Source: Chloroflexota bacterium
GTDB taxonomy: Bacteria > Chloroflexota > Chloroflexia > QHBQ01
Direction: 5' to 3'
NCBI GenBank assembly: GCA_043754535.1
Contig: JAYUUN010000071.1
Span: 24,115-88,114, forward strand
Length of the DNA stretch: 64,000 nt
The notes beneath the pieces are model-generated. The model was not told the DNA's origin and made no database searches. It worked only from the letters and a program-made list of their open reading frames with translations. The first letter of the stretch is position 1. Each line of letters starts with the position of its first letter. Shown here one piece after another: positions 52,281 to 61,576 of the stretch. The position numbers were made by a program, and so were the translations under genes.

Positions 52281-52760
52281 GTGGGTGATAGCCTGGAATG
52301 GAGGACGACTGGGGTGGACGAAGAACAATTTATGATGCAGATCATGGCCGGGATTGATGAGGCCGAGGTGATGACCGTATTCTTCCCCCTGCTGCGGCGG
52401 GCATTGGTCGTAGATACACGCAGCAACCGACAGGTTGGCCCGCTGATCGAGGTCATGCCACAGGCTGGTTCGATGGAAGAACGGGTAGCGATGATCGAGC
52501 GCAAGCGGCCTCAGTTTGGCCGCATCCACGGCATCCTCGGTGTTCCCTGGGTCAAGACGATCAACTGTTTCGTCGAGGTCGGCATCCTGGGCCGAATTGA
52601 GCAGCGGTTGGTTGCCTCAGAGATGAGCCGCGACGAGGCAGATCGCGTCTGCACTGCTGCCCTCAACGAACTGCGCCAGGCCGAGTACAAGGAGATGGTC
52701 GCTATGATCAAGGGCGACGGCTACGAGGCTCTTTGGGAGCGCGAACGGGACGAGGACTAG
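52281..52760 (+). CDS. Hypothetical cytosolic protein
   Basis: 159-aa ORF with normal composition and an acidic C-terminus. No motif recognised. The start is ambiguous: GTG at 52281 or ATG at 52332 (MMQIMAG...). Confidence 0.45.
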   Translation: MGDSLEWRTTGVDEEQFMMQIMAGIDEAEVMTVFFPLLRRALVVDTRSNRQVGPLIEVMPQAGSMEERVAMIERKRPQFGRIHGILGVPWVKTINCFVEVGILGRIEQRLVASEMSRDEADRVCTAALNELRQAEYKEMVAMIKGDGYEALWERERDED

Positions 52761-52821
52761 ACACTAGCGGCTAGCAGGGGGCGCATCTACGTGATGCGCC
52801 CCTTTCGCTTGCCTGGCGAGA

Positions 52822-53625
52822 TCAGGCCGCTACCATGTTGCCAGCAGGGCGGGCGGCGGCAATGAGGGCAAGGGGAAAGAGGGCGGAGTAGAGGAGGTAC
52901 TGCGGCTTCTTGTTCGCCACCGCCCAGCCCGCAGCCACCAGATAGTAGGCCAGGGCTAGCAGAGCGGCCTGCTGCCCAGCCGCTGCTGTCCCCGCATTGC
53001 CCCGCCCTTCGTCCGCCGCCAGCTTTACCGCTAGCTCCTGGTAGAGGGCAGTGACGGTGCTGGTCAGTTGCAGCCAGCCGACGTAGTTCAGCACTGGGAT
53101 GCCATGCTTGCCGTTCGGCCCGACGATCTCGCTGGCGTAGGGGCCATCCGTACTCCACTGCCACAAGCCCTGGTCGAGGCCGAAGCAATCGAGCAGCAAA
53201 TCCAGGCTGGTAGCAACCGCAGCGGTGGCGGCGGGGTAGGCCAGCCTGCGCCGACTATGCCCCAGCCCAGCGAAGATGCGCTCTACCATTGCATAGCTGG
53301 CGTAGGTGATGTTGAACCAGCCCAACACGGCGGGCAGCGGTACGTTCGCCAGTTGCGGTTGGCTATGGTGGCGCACTGCTTTGAGCAGGTTGACCCCCAC
53401 ATACTCGGCGGCGTAAGGTAGCAGTAGACCACTGGCCGCGAAGATCGCTGTACGCCGCCCCCCACGCGCCCGCCACGAGTGGGCCAGGCTCAGCCCGCTG
53501 CCAATCAACGCTTGCCCAAATGCACCCTGCTTGAGCATCTGACCGAAGTTTGCCATCCAATCCTCCATGCCGCCAGCAAGCTGGCATACTAGTTGCTTAA
53601 ACTTTCTCGACAACTTGCGACCCAA
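52822..53625 (-). CDS. Polytopic membrane protein, possibly DUF422/carotenoid-biosynthesis (CruF-like) family
   Basis: 267 aa, about 7 TM helices. ...LDCFGLDQGLWQWSTDGPYASEIVGPNGKHGIPVLNYVGWL... resembles the conserved W.W...giP..N..GW block of that family. From memory only. Confidence 0.4.
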   Translation of the reverse strand: MGRKLSRKFKQLVCQLAGGMEDWMANFGQMLKQGAFGQALIGSGLSLAHSWRARGGRRTAIFAASGLLLPYAAEYVGVNLLKAVRHHSQPQLANVPLPAVLGWFNITYASYAMVERIFAGLGHSRRRLAYPAATAAVATSLDLLLDCFGLDQGLWQWSTDGPYASEIVGPNGKHGIPVLNYVGWLQLTSTVTALYQELAVKLAADEGRGNAGTAAAGQQAALLALAYYLVAAGWAVANKKPQYLLYSALFPLALIAAARPAGNMVAA

Positions 53626-53666
53626 TCGGCGACCAACGCCCTACACCAAAAGGAGCATACACCAAG

Positions 53667-54176
53667 ATGACCGACCATGACAAGAGTTTGGATCAGCTAC
53701 ACACCCTATTGCAAAATTATGACCATGCGATGGTGACCAGCCTCGCCAGCGATGGTACTCTACACTCACGCCCAATGCGTTTGCAAGCCGAACGCCTACC
53801 TGACGCTGACCTCTGGTTTGCCAGCACCATGGACACCACAAAGGGGCGCGACATCGAAGCCAACCCCAACGTTGGCCTTGCCTTCTTCCACTCGGCCAAA
53901 GAGGGTTATGTCTCGATCAGCGGCACGGTGAAGGTTGACCGCAACCGCGACCGCATCCGTCAACTGTGGAAGGACGAGTGGAAGGCGTGGTTCCCACAGG
54001 GGCCAGAAGACCCAGACCTCGCCCTGCTACTGCTCGACATCCGCCAGGCCGAGTACCAGTCTCCCCAGCAGCACGCCGAGGGTACAGAGAAGGCCCAAGA
54101 GCAGGCGGCTACCGGCCAGGACAGGGAAGCGGAGAAGGTAGTAACCGTGATCCGCGAAAAGGACTTGGGCAAGTAG
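53667..54176 (+). CDS. Pyridoxamine-5'-phosphate-oxidase-fold protein (general stress protein 26-like)
   Basis: ...HAMVTSLASDGTLHSRPMRLQ...DLWFASTMDTTKGRDIEANPNVGLAFFHS..GYVSISGTVKVDRNRDRIRQLWKDEWKAWFPQGPEDPDLALL is a typical GSP26/PNPOx-like pattern. Confidence 0.8.
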   Translation: MTDHDKSLDQLHTLLQNYDHAMVTSLASDGTLHSRPMRLQAERLPDADLWFASTMDTTKGRDIEANPNVGLAFFHSAKEGYVSISGTVKVDRNRDRIRQLWKDEWKAWFPQGPEDPDLALLLLDIRQAEYQSPQQHAEGTEKAQEQAATGQDREAEKVVTVIREKDLGK

Positions 54177-54195
54177 TACAGGGTTGATATATGGG

Positions 54196-54228
54196 GGGGC
54201 GCACCAACCATGCGCTCCCTTTGTCTTG
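54196..54228 (+). terminator. Intrinsic terminator after the PNPOx-like gene
   Basis: ggggcgca-ccaacca-tgcgctcc stem (one G-U pair) followed by CTTTGTCTTG. Confidence 0.55.
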
Positions 54229-54247
54229 CTAACGCAGGGCAGCAGGC

Positions 54248-56269
54248 TCAGTGATAGCCCGTCAGCACCACCCCCGCCCAGACTACCAATGCGTAGGTGG
54301 CAGCAGCGAGCAGCAAGCCGCCAGCCAGCGAGCGGGAACGACCTGCTAGCCACTGTAGGGCGATGCCCGCCCAGACGCATAGTAGCGGCAGCAAGATCAT
54401 ATTGTAGCGAACTGTGTAGCGATCAAACAGGCCGCTGGCGGTCAGTAGCAGCCCCGCAGCCGTCCAGCCTAGCAGCACAAGGCGGGTGGCAGTGTTGTCT
54501 CCCTCAGCAGCAAGTAGAGTGTTGCGTTGCAGCAGTAGCAGCAGCCCACCCACTATCGCCAGTGGCAAGATCACCCAGCCTTGCCCCTGCACCACGTCGC
54601 CCAACAAGCCAGGCAGGTCGAAGCGAATGCTAAACTCGGCGGAGTGGTACTGCTTGCCACCGCTCAAGAGGTTGGCAATCTGCCCACCTATCTGCGCGTT
54701 GTAGTGAACATAGTAGAGCAAGTAGGCAGCGATGAGGGTGGACACGAACACGCCCGTCAGCGGCCAGATGCGCCCACGCATCCCCGACGGCGCAAACAGC
54801 AGCCAGAGCAGCCCGACCGTCCCCGTCACCACGACGCTAGCAATGGCCGAGCCGTAGTGACCGAGCAGCGTGAGTAGGCTGAACCCAGCGTAGGCGGCTA
54901 GCCAGCGGGCGTAACCAGCCTCGCTGCGCCTGCGACTCAGCACCTCAACGGCACAGGCCAAGGCGACGACGAACATCACTTGGCCGAAGACGTTGCTCAG
55001 GGTACCAGCGGAAAGCAGGTCGTAAACTGCCGGGCCGACCGCGAACAGGCTGGCCGCAAACAGGGCGGCGTTCGGCCCTAGCCGCAAGGCGAAGCGGTAG
55101 ACCGCCAGCCCCGCCCCCGCCTCGCAGATGGCAACAGCGAAGCGCAGCAGCAGTTGGTCGCTCTCCCGCCCCCCACCCAGCAAGAGGCTGAAGGGGCTGA
55201 GCAGCACGTAGAACGCACTGGGGTACGGCACGGGGGTGCCATTCGGCAACTCGCTCTGGAAGTAGAAGTTCTCGCCGCTGCCCTTGAAGAAGCGCACGAT
55301 CTGGGCCAACTTCTCGGCCTGGAAGTTGAGATCAATGCTGATGAACTGGGGGTGAACCATGCCGCCGAAGCGTAGGGCGAAGGCCACCGTCACCGCTGCT
55401 GTCAACCAGCCTCGCGCCCGCTCGTCCGCCCAACTGCGGGGTAGCAGCAGGAGCAGCAGCAACCAGAGCAACCCTGCCCACAACAGCGTCACCGCCAACG
55501 GTGCGGCAAAGCTGCTGACCAGCACCCTGTTCGCCACCAAGCCTGCGCAGACGAGCAGCAGGCCGCCCAGCCCTACGCTAGCCGCCCCGCGCCAGCTAGC
55601 CCAAGCCCGATAGCCGAACAGCCAGAGCAGAGCCAGCCCCAGCAGCAAGCTAGCCCCGGCTAGCGGATCGGGCAGTACCAGGCCGCCTGCCGACTCCAGG
55701 CGCAAGCCAGCCACCCGCACCCCTAGTTCGCGGGCATCCTTTGGCGGGCTGAAGGTAGGCGGGTAGAGGATGATGTCCAGGTTGCCGCTCAAGTTTGGCT
55801 GGCGTGGCAGGCTGAAGCTCTGGTCGCTGAAGGGGGCGGTAGTCGGCCAGGTGTAGTCGCGGCCATTGATCGCCGCCCGCATGGTTGGCGGAGCCGCCCC
55901 ACCCGGCCTCGCTCCACTGAGGTGCAGGGTGAGCTTGAGCGGCTGGTTGCCGACCCCGACAAAGCGGAGCGGGCTGATCCCCTTGCTCCAACGGTAGCTG
56001 GTACCGTCGCTGGGGTCTCGCTCACCCGCGTTCCAATCGTCGAGCAGGGGACAGCGGTAGGTCTTACCGAGGTAAGGGCAGTCGTAGCTATTGCCCAGCG
56101 TGAGGCTGACATCCAGCTTCGCCTGGTAAGCGGCGGTGATCGCCAGGGTGCAGATGAGCAGAAAGAGGGCAAACCAGCGATTGCCTACCGCTTGCCGCAG
56201 CCCGCCCACTTCGCTGCGCAGCCGCTCGCCAAAGCTATCGCGCTGCGTTATGTCTCCAGCCTCCACCAC
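54248..56269 (-). CDS. Large polytopic membrane protein, paralog B of a tandem pair (GT-C-like architecture, function unknown)
   Basis: 673 aa. One TM helix, then a roughly 190-aa extracytoplasmic domain with the paired Cys motif YDCPYLGKTYRCPLLDDWNA, then about 11 TM helices. GTG start with a TAGGAGGG Shine-Dalgarno overlapping the upstream stop. About 60% identical by eye to the gene at 56280-58274. Confidence 0.6.
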   Translation of the reverse strand: MVEAGDITQRDSFGERLRSEVGGLRQAVGNRWFALFLLICTLAITAAYQAKLDVSLTLGNSYDCPYLGKTYRCPLLDDWNAGERDPSDGTSYRWSKGISPLRFVGVGNQPLKLTLHLSGARPGGAAPPTMRAAINGRDYTWPTTAPFSDQSFSLPRQPNLSGNLDIILYPPTFSPPKDARELGVRVAGLRLESAGGLVLPDPLAGASLLLGLALLWLFGYRAWASWRGAASVGLGGLLLVCAGLVANRVLVSSFAAPLAVTLLWAGLLWLLLLLLLPRSWADERARGWLTAAVTVAFALRFGGMVHPQFISIDLNFQAEKLAQIVRFFKGSGENFYFQSELPNGTPVPYPSAFYVLLSPFSLLLGGGRESDQLLLRFAVAICEAGAGLAVYRFALRLGPNAALFAASLFAVGPAVYDLLSAGTLSNVFGQVMFVVALACAVEVLSRRRSEAGYARWLAAYAGFSLLTLLGHYGSAIASVVVTGTVGLLWLLFAPSGMRGRIWPLTGVFVSTLIAAYLLYYVHYNAQIGGQIANLLSGGKQYHSAEFSIRFDLPGLLGDVVQGQGWVILPLAIVGGLLLLLQRNTLLAAEGDNTATRLVLLGWTAAGLLLTASGLFDRYTVRYNMILLPLLCVWAGIALQWLAGRSRSLAGGLLLAAATYALVVWAGVVLTGYH

Positions 56270-56279
56270 CTGCGCCCTC

Positions 56280-58274
56280 CTAATGGTACTGCCGCAGCAC
56301 GAGATCGCCCCACAGCAGCAGCGTGTAGGTTGCCGCCAGCCCGACTACCAACCCTGCCGCCAGCCGCGACCGCTGGGCCAACCATTGCAGGGCCAGCCCC
56401 CCGCAGATGCAGAGAGCGGGTAGCAGGATGATGTTGTAGCGCACGGTATAGCGGTCGAGCAGACCAAAGATGGTGAGCAAACCGCCCGCCAGTAGCCAGC
56501 CAACCAGTAGCAACCGCGCTGGCTGGCTAGCTGCTGCGCCCGCGCCACGTCGGGTTAGCAGAGCGCAGCCCAGCCCTGCCAGCGGCAATATCACCCAGCC
56601 CTGCCATTGCAGCACGTCGCCTAGCAAGCCACGCAGGTCGAAGCGCACGCTATACTCAGCCTGCTGGTACTGCTTGCCGCCGCTCAACAGGTTGGCAACC
56701 TGCCCACCTATCTGGGTGTTGTAATGCACATAGTAGAGCAGGTAAGCGGTGACAAGGCTGGCGGTGAACGCGCCCGCCAGCGGCCAGATGCGTCCGCGTG
56801 TCTCCGATGGCGCGAATAGCAGCCAGACGAGGGCGATCACCCCTGTCACCGCAATGCTGGCAATGGCCGTGCCGTAGTGACCGAGCAGCGTGAGCAGGCT
56901 AAAACCGGCGTAGGCCACCAACCAACTTTTGCTGCCCCCCGTCAGCCCTTCAGCCGCGCAGACTAGGGCGGCAACGAAGGCAGCCTGGGCGAAAAGGTTG
57001 CTGTGGTTACCCTGCGAGAGCATCTGGAACACGGCTGGGCCGACGGCGTAGAGGGTGGCTGCGAACAGGCCCGCAGCAGTACCGAAGCGGCGGGCGAAGC
57101 GGTAGAGCAGCAGCAGCACGCCCACATCCAAAGCGGAGGTGGTGAAACGGAGCAGCAGACGGTTAGCCTCGGTTGATCCGCCAAGCAGCCAACTGAAGGG
57201 CGCAAGCAGCAGGTAGTACGCACTGGGGTACGGCACAGGGGTGCCGTTCGGCAGGTTGCTCTGAAAGTAGAAGTTCTCGCCCTTGCCCGCCAGGAAGCGG
57301 CTGATCACCTCAATGCGGTGGGCGTGGTAGGTCAGGTCGATAGTGATGAACTGGGGGTAGACCATACCAGCGTAGCGTAGGGCAAAGGCCGTCGCCACTG
57401 CCGTCGCCAGCCAGCCCCGTGCTGGCCCCACCGCCCAACTGGTTGGTAGTAGCAACAACACAAGCAACCAGAGCAGCCCTGCCCACAGCATGGTCACGGC
57501 CAACGGAGCAGCGAAGCTGCTGATCGCCAACCGTTGGCTAGCCAGCAGGTAGAGCATGGCGGCCAGCAGTAGCCCCATGCAGGCCGCACCCGCCCGCCAA
57601 TCGGCACAGGCTACCCCCACTAGCAGCCAGCAGAGCAGCAGCACCAGCAGCAGGCTAGCCAGCACCAGCAAGTCAGGCACAACCAGGCCTCCACCCTGGG
57701 CCACCCGCACGCTGTCCACTCGCACCCCTAGTTCGCGGGCATCGCCAGCAGGGGTGAAGGTAGGTGGGTAGAGGGTAAGGCTGAGGTCGCCACCCAGCCC
57801 CATTTGGCGCGGTATGTTGATGATATGATCGGTGAAGGCTGCCTCGCTCTGCCAAACGTAGTCGCGCCCATTGATGCTGGCTGTGACCACGGGCGGTGCA
57901 GCGTTGGGCCGCGCCCCAGAGAGGCGGATCGTCACCTGGTAGCTGCTGTTGCCGATCCCACTCAGGTAGAAGGGGCTGCCACCTTTACTCCAGCGATATG
58001 TGGTTTTGCTGCTTGGATCGCTCTCCTGCGCGTTCCACTCGTCGAGGATGGGGCAGCGGTCAGTCTTGCCGAGCGTGGGGCAGTCGTCAGGGCCGCCCAG
58101 GTCTACGAGATAACTCTGCGGCGACTGGTAGGCCAGGGTAATGGCAATGCTAGCGAGCAGCAGGAATAGCAAAAGCCAGCGGTTGAGCAATGCTGGCCCT
58201 GCTTGCGAGATAGGGGCTAGCCGCTGGCTCAGACCAGCAGTACCAGCCGCTGGCTCAACCTGCCGTTGCTTCAT
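56280..58274 (-). CDS. Large polytopic membrane protein, paralog A of a tandem pair (GT-C-like architecture, function unknown)
   Basis: 664 aa with the same architecture (DDCPTLGKTDRCPILDEWNA ...). Its start overlaps the upstream ABC ATPase stop by 20 nt. Confidence 0.6.
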   Translation of the reverse strand: MKQRQVEPAAGTAGLSQRLAPISQAGPALLNRWLLLFLLLASIAITLAYQSPQSYLVDLGGPDDCPTLGKTDRCPILDEWNAQESDPSSKTTYRWSKGGSPFYLSGIGNSSYQVTIRLSGARPNAAPPVVTASINGRDYVWQSEAAFTDHIINIPRQMGLGGDLSLTLYPPTFTPAGDARELGVRVDSVRVAQGGGLVVPDLLVLASLLLVLLLCWLLVGVACADWRAGAACMGLLLAAMLYLLASQRLAISSFAAPLAVTMLWAGLLWLLVLLLLPTSWAVGPARGWLATAVATAFALRYAGMVYPQFITIDLTYHAHRIEVISRFLAGKGENFYFQSNLPNGTPVPYPSAYYLLLAPFSWLLGGSTEANRLLLRFTTSALDVGVLLLLYRFARRFGTAAGLFAATLYAVGPAVFQMLSQGNHSNLFAQAAFVAALVCAAEGLTGGSKSWLVAYAGFSLLTLLGHYGTAIASIAVTGVIALVWLLFAPSETRGRIWPLAGAFTASLVTAYLLYYVHYNTQIGGQVANLLSGGKQYQQAEYSVRFDLRGLLGDVLQWQGWVILPLAGLGCALLTRRGAGAAASQPARLLLVGWLLAGGLLTIFGLLDRYTVRYNIILLPALCICGGLALQWLAQRSRLAAGLVVGLAATYTLLLWGDLVLRQYH

Positions 58275-59838
58275 ACGCTTCTTCCAGGCTGCCGCCCGCC
58301 ATCAACAGGCCAAGCAACTCGCGGTTTGCATCGCTGCGCGGGATGGTGGCAACCAACTGCCCCTTGTACATCACCGCGATGCGGTCGGCCAGAGCCAGGA
58401 TTTCGTCCAACTCTGCGCTGACTAGTAGCACTGCCACTCCACTATCACGGGCCGCAACGATGCTTTTGTGGATGAACTCAATCGAGCCGACATCCAGCCC
58501 CCGCGTCGGCTGGCTGGCGATCAGCAAGGCGTTGTGGCGCGAGAGTTCGCGGGCCACTACGACCTTCTGCTGGTTACCGCCGCTCAGGTTCTTCGCTGGG
58601 GTGTAGATGCTGGGGGTACGCACGTCGAACTCGCGCACCAGCTTGGTGGCATGGTCGGCAATTGCCTGGTTGTTGATCGCAATGCCATTGGCATAGGGTG
58701 GCGCATAGTAGTCGGCAAGAACCAGGTTATCGGCTATTGGGTAGTTGAGGACAAGGCCGAACTTGTGGCGATCCTCTGGCACATGAGCCACCCCGCTACT
58801 GGTGATGTAGCGCGGAGTCTGGTTGCTCAAGTCCTTGCCGTTCAGCCGCACCGCACCATAAGCCGACCGCCGCAGGCCAGTGAGGGCTTCAACCAGTTCG
58901 CTCTGCCCATTGCCTTCCACCCCAGCGATGCCGAGGATTTCGCCTGCGCGCACCTCAAAGCTGACATTGTTTACCGCATAGCTAGCGTCCCCGACCCTGG
59001 CCGCTCTGTCCCGTGCCACCTTCAGCCGCTCCACCTTCAGCACGATAGGGCCGGGAGTGGCAGGTGCCTTAGCCACCGTCAGGTTGACATTGCGGCCCAC
59101 CATCAATGCTGCCAGCCCGCCCTCGCTAGTGCGGTGAGGCTCAGCTTCGCCTACGACCTTGCCACGCCGCAGCACCAGGATGTGGTCGGCGACCGCCAAA
59201 ACCTCCTTCAGCTTGTGGGTGATAAAGATGATGCTCTTACCCTGCTTCGTCAATTCGCGCATGATCACAAACAGTTCGTCCGCCTCCTGGGGGGTCAGCA
59301 CTGCCGTCGGCTCATCGAGGATCAGCACATCGGCGTTGCGGTAGAAGGCTTTGAGTATCTCCACCCGCTGCTGTTCACCCACAGAGAGGTCGCGAACCAG
59401 CGCATCGGGGTTGACGGCGAGGCCGTACTGCTGCGACAGGGCGAGGATGCGGCGGGCGGCAGCCTTGCGGTCCAACGAGGGGCCAGCCGTACTCTCGTTG
59501 CCCAGCATGATGTTTTCGGTCACGGTAAAGGGGGGGATCAGCATGAAGTGCTGGTGAACCATGCCGATGCCCTTACTGATCGCATCCAGCGGGCTGCTGA
59601 AATGCACCGGCTGACCGTCAAGCAGCAGTTCTCCATCGTCGGGCTGGTAGAGACCGTAGAGGATGTTCATCAAGGTAGATTTGCCCGCGCCGTTCTCACC
59701 TAGCAGGGCCAGTATCTTCCCTCGCTGCAAGCGCAGGCCAATGCTGTCGTTCGCCAGCACACCAGGGAACCGCTTGGTAATACCCCGTGCCTCAAGCACG
59801 TAGCTGCTCTGCTCGCTCGCTGTCACAACCTGAGCCAT
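58255..59838 (-). CDS. ABC transporter ATP-binding protein, duplicated-ATPase type (BMP/nucleoside-sugar class)
   Basis: Two ABC cassettes: GENGAGKST / LSVGEQQRVEIL / LILDEPT and GVEGNGQSE / LSGGNQQKVVVA / LLVSAELDE. The ATG at 59838 (MAQVVTASE...) is preferred. Confidence 0.9.
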   Translation of the reverse strand: MAQVVTASEQSSYVLEARGITKRFPGVLANDSIGLRLQRGKILALLGENGAGKSTLMNILYGLYQPDDGELLLDGQPVHFSSPLDAISKGIGMVHQHFMLIPPFTVTENIMLGNESTAGPSLDRKAAARRILALSQQYGLAVNPDALVRDLSVGEQQRVEILKAFYRNADVLILDEPTAVLTPQEADELFVIMRELTKQGKSIIFITHKLKEVLAVADHILVLRRGKVVGEAEPHRTSEGGLAALMVGRNVNLTVAKAPATPGPIVLKVERLKVARDRAARVGDASYAVNNVSFEVRAGEILGIAGVEGNGQSELVEALTGLRRSAYGAVRLNGKDLSNQTPRYITSSGVAHVPEDRHKFGLVLNYPIADNLVLADYYAPPYANGIAINNQAIADHATKLVREFDVRTPSIYTPAKNLSGGNQQKVVVARELSRHNALLIASQPTRGLDVGSIEFIHKSIVAARDSGVAVLLVSAELDEILALADRIAVMYKGQLVATIPRSDANRELLGLLMAGGSLEEAYEATAG

Positions 59839-59900
59839 CTGCGTTCCTTCTTCCAGCCTGCGTGCTGCACACCCCACCCGCCTGTCGCTAAGGTGGGCAA

Positions 59901-60611
59901 TTACTCGTGTTCGTAGGCGATGCTGCGGTACTCGATCACACTACCGCTCGTTTCGCTGCGCCCGCGCAGGCAGTTGCCGCGGCGGTCGAACCAGCTATCC
60001 AGCGACCAGGCGCGGCTACCATCCTCCTGCAACTGGTAGGCACTGAGGTGGGTACCGCGTTCGCCGAGGTCAGTGATCTCCTCGTCGCCCAAGTTTGCCA
60101 GCAGCACATTATTGAGGCGCACCGCCCGCAGCAAGCCTTCATGCAAGTCAATATTGAGGTAGTAGGCAACGAGCGGGATGATCTGACCGGCGCGGTCATC
60201 ATGCTGGCGGTAGAACTCGACGTTGGTCGCAACGGCGTGGGCCATCACCAGATAGCCAGGGGTAAGCTCCAGGTAGCCATCGTCGCTCGTCCCGTCAGGG
60301 CGACTGATCAGCACACGGGCAAACTCACCGCGCATCACGTGGTTGGCCCTATACCAACCCTCTGGCTCAGCGAGGGCAATCTCCATACTGGTTGGCGCGC
60401 CGCGCATATCGTAGTCCAGCCGCACGTAGTAGAAGGGAGTCTGCTGTGCCTCCTCCACTCGGCTTACTGCGGCCCGCACTACCCGCCGCCGGGCCTGCAA
60501 CTGGTCAATCGCCCAGCGTTCGTAGATGCCACTCGGCAGCCCATCTTGCAGGTACTCGTATACCCCCTGTGCGATAGTACGCCCACCTGCGTCGGCCCAG
60601 AAATCGTCCAT
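59901..60611 (-). CDS. Hypothetical soluble acidic protein embedded in the ABC transporter operon
   Basis: 236 aa, no TM helices. Its ATG shares one nucleotide with the upstream permease stop (TGATG). Codon third positions are G/C-rich in this frame. The near-full-length ORF on the opposite strand (59907-60629) has antisense-type composition. Confidence 0.6.
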   Translation of the reverse strand: MDDFWADAGGRTIAQGVYEYLQDGLPSGIYERWAIDQLQARRRVVRAAVSRVEEAQQTPFYYVRLDYDMRGAPTSMEIALAEPEGWYRANHVMRGEFARVLISRPDGTSDDGYLELTPGYLVMAHAVATNVEFYRQHDDRAGQIIPLVAYYLNIDLHEGLLRAVRLNNVLLANLGDEEITDLGERGTHLSAYQLQEDGSRAWSLDSWFDRRGNCLRGRSETSGSVIEYRSIAYEHE

Positions 60612-61573
60612 CAGCGTCCTTTCCGGTAAGGCTGACCAACGGCAGCCGGGGGGATGGAACGCCCGACTACCCCAGCCACTACCAGGATGGTCAGGATGTA
60701 AGGAAGAACGACCAGCAAATCCCTGGGGATACCAAACTTACAACTATCTACACTCTGCTGCAAGAACTGCACGGTGATCGTCAACGCCTGGGCGAAACCG
60801 AACAGCAGGGCAGCCCCCCACAGGCCAAAGGGCCGCCACTTGCCAAATATCAAGGCGGCCAGCGCGATGAAGCCCTTGCCAGCGGTCATGCCATTCTCAA
60901 AAGTGCTGGTGGACTCCAGGGTGAAGTAGGCACCGGCTAGCCCCGCCAATGTGCCACCGATCAGCACATTGCTGTAGCGCATAAAGTAGACGTTGATGCC
61001 AACCGTGTCGGCAGCCTCCGGGTTCTCGCCCACTGCCCGCGTGCGCAAGCCCCAGGAAGTGTTGAACAGCACGTACTGGGCGACAAAGACGAGGATCACC
61101 GCCAGGATCGCTAGCGGGGGCAGTTTGAAGTCGCTACCACCGATCACGGCTATGTCGCGGGGGACAGTAAAGCCAATCTGGCTGAAGGTACCGGGAGGGT
61201 CGGGCAGGCTGTGCGCGCCAACCAGCACCGAGTTGAAGTAGCCGGTGATGCCGATAGCCAGGATGTTGACCACGGTGCCGCTGATGATTTGATCCACGCT
61301 GAAGCGGATCGAGAGCAAGGCGTGCAGGGCGGACATCAACACTGCGGCCAGCACCGCGAATAGCAGGCCGAGCCAGACACTGTGGCTGAGGCTGCTGGCA
61401 ACAAAGCCGACGAAGGCGGCAGTTAGCATCAAGCCTTCGATAGCGATGTTGACTATGCCGCTGCGCTCGCAGAACAGGCCGCAGAGTGCGCCGAGGGTGA
61501 GGGGCGTGGCGAAGCCGAGGGTGGCAACGATCAGGCTAATGATGAACGGTACAGCCGGTTGTTCGCAAATCAC
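60611..61573 (-). CDS. ABC transporter permease (BPD_transp_2 type, NupC/YufQ-like)
   Basis: 320 aa, about 9 TM helices. ...GALCGLFCERSGIVNIAIEGLML... is typical of BMP-system permeases. Confidence 0.85.
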   Translation of the reverse strand: MICEQPAVPFIISLIVATLGFATPLTLGALCGLFCERSGIVNIAIEGLMLTAAFVGFVASSLSHSVWLGLLFAVLAAVLMSALHALLSIRFSVDQIISGTVVNILAIGITGYFNSVLVGAHSLPDPPGTFSQIGFTVPRDIAVIGGSDFKLPPLAILAVILVFVAQYVLFNTSWGLRTRAVGENPEAADTVGINVYFMRYSNVLIGGTLAGLAGAYFTLESTSTFENGMTAGKGFIALAALIFGKWRPFGLWGAALLFGFAQALTITVQFLQQSVDSCKFGIPRDLLVVLPYILTILVVAGVVGRSIPPAAVGQPYRKGR

Positions 61574-61576
61574 GCT

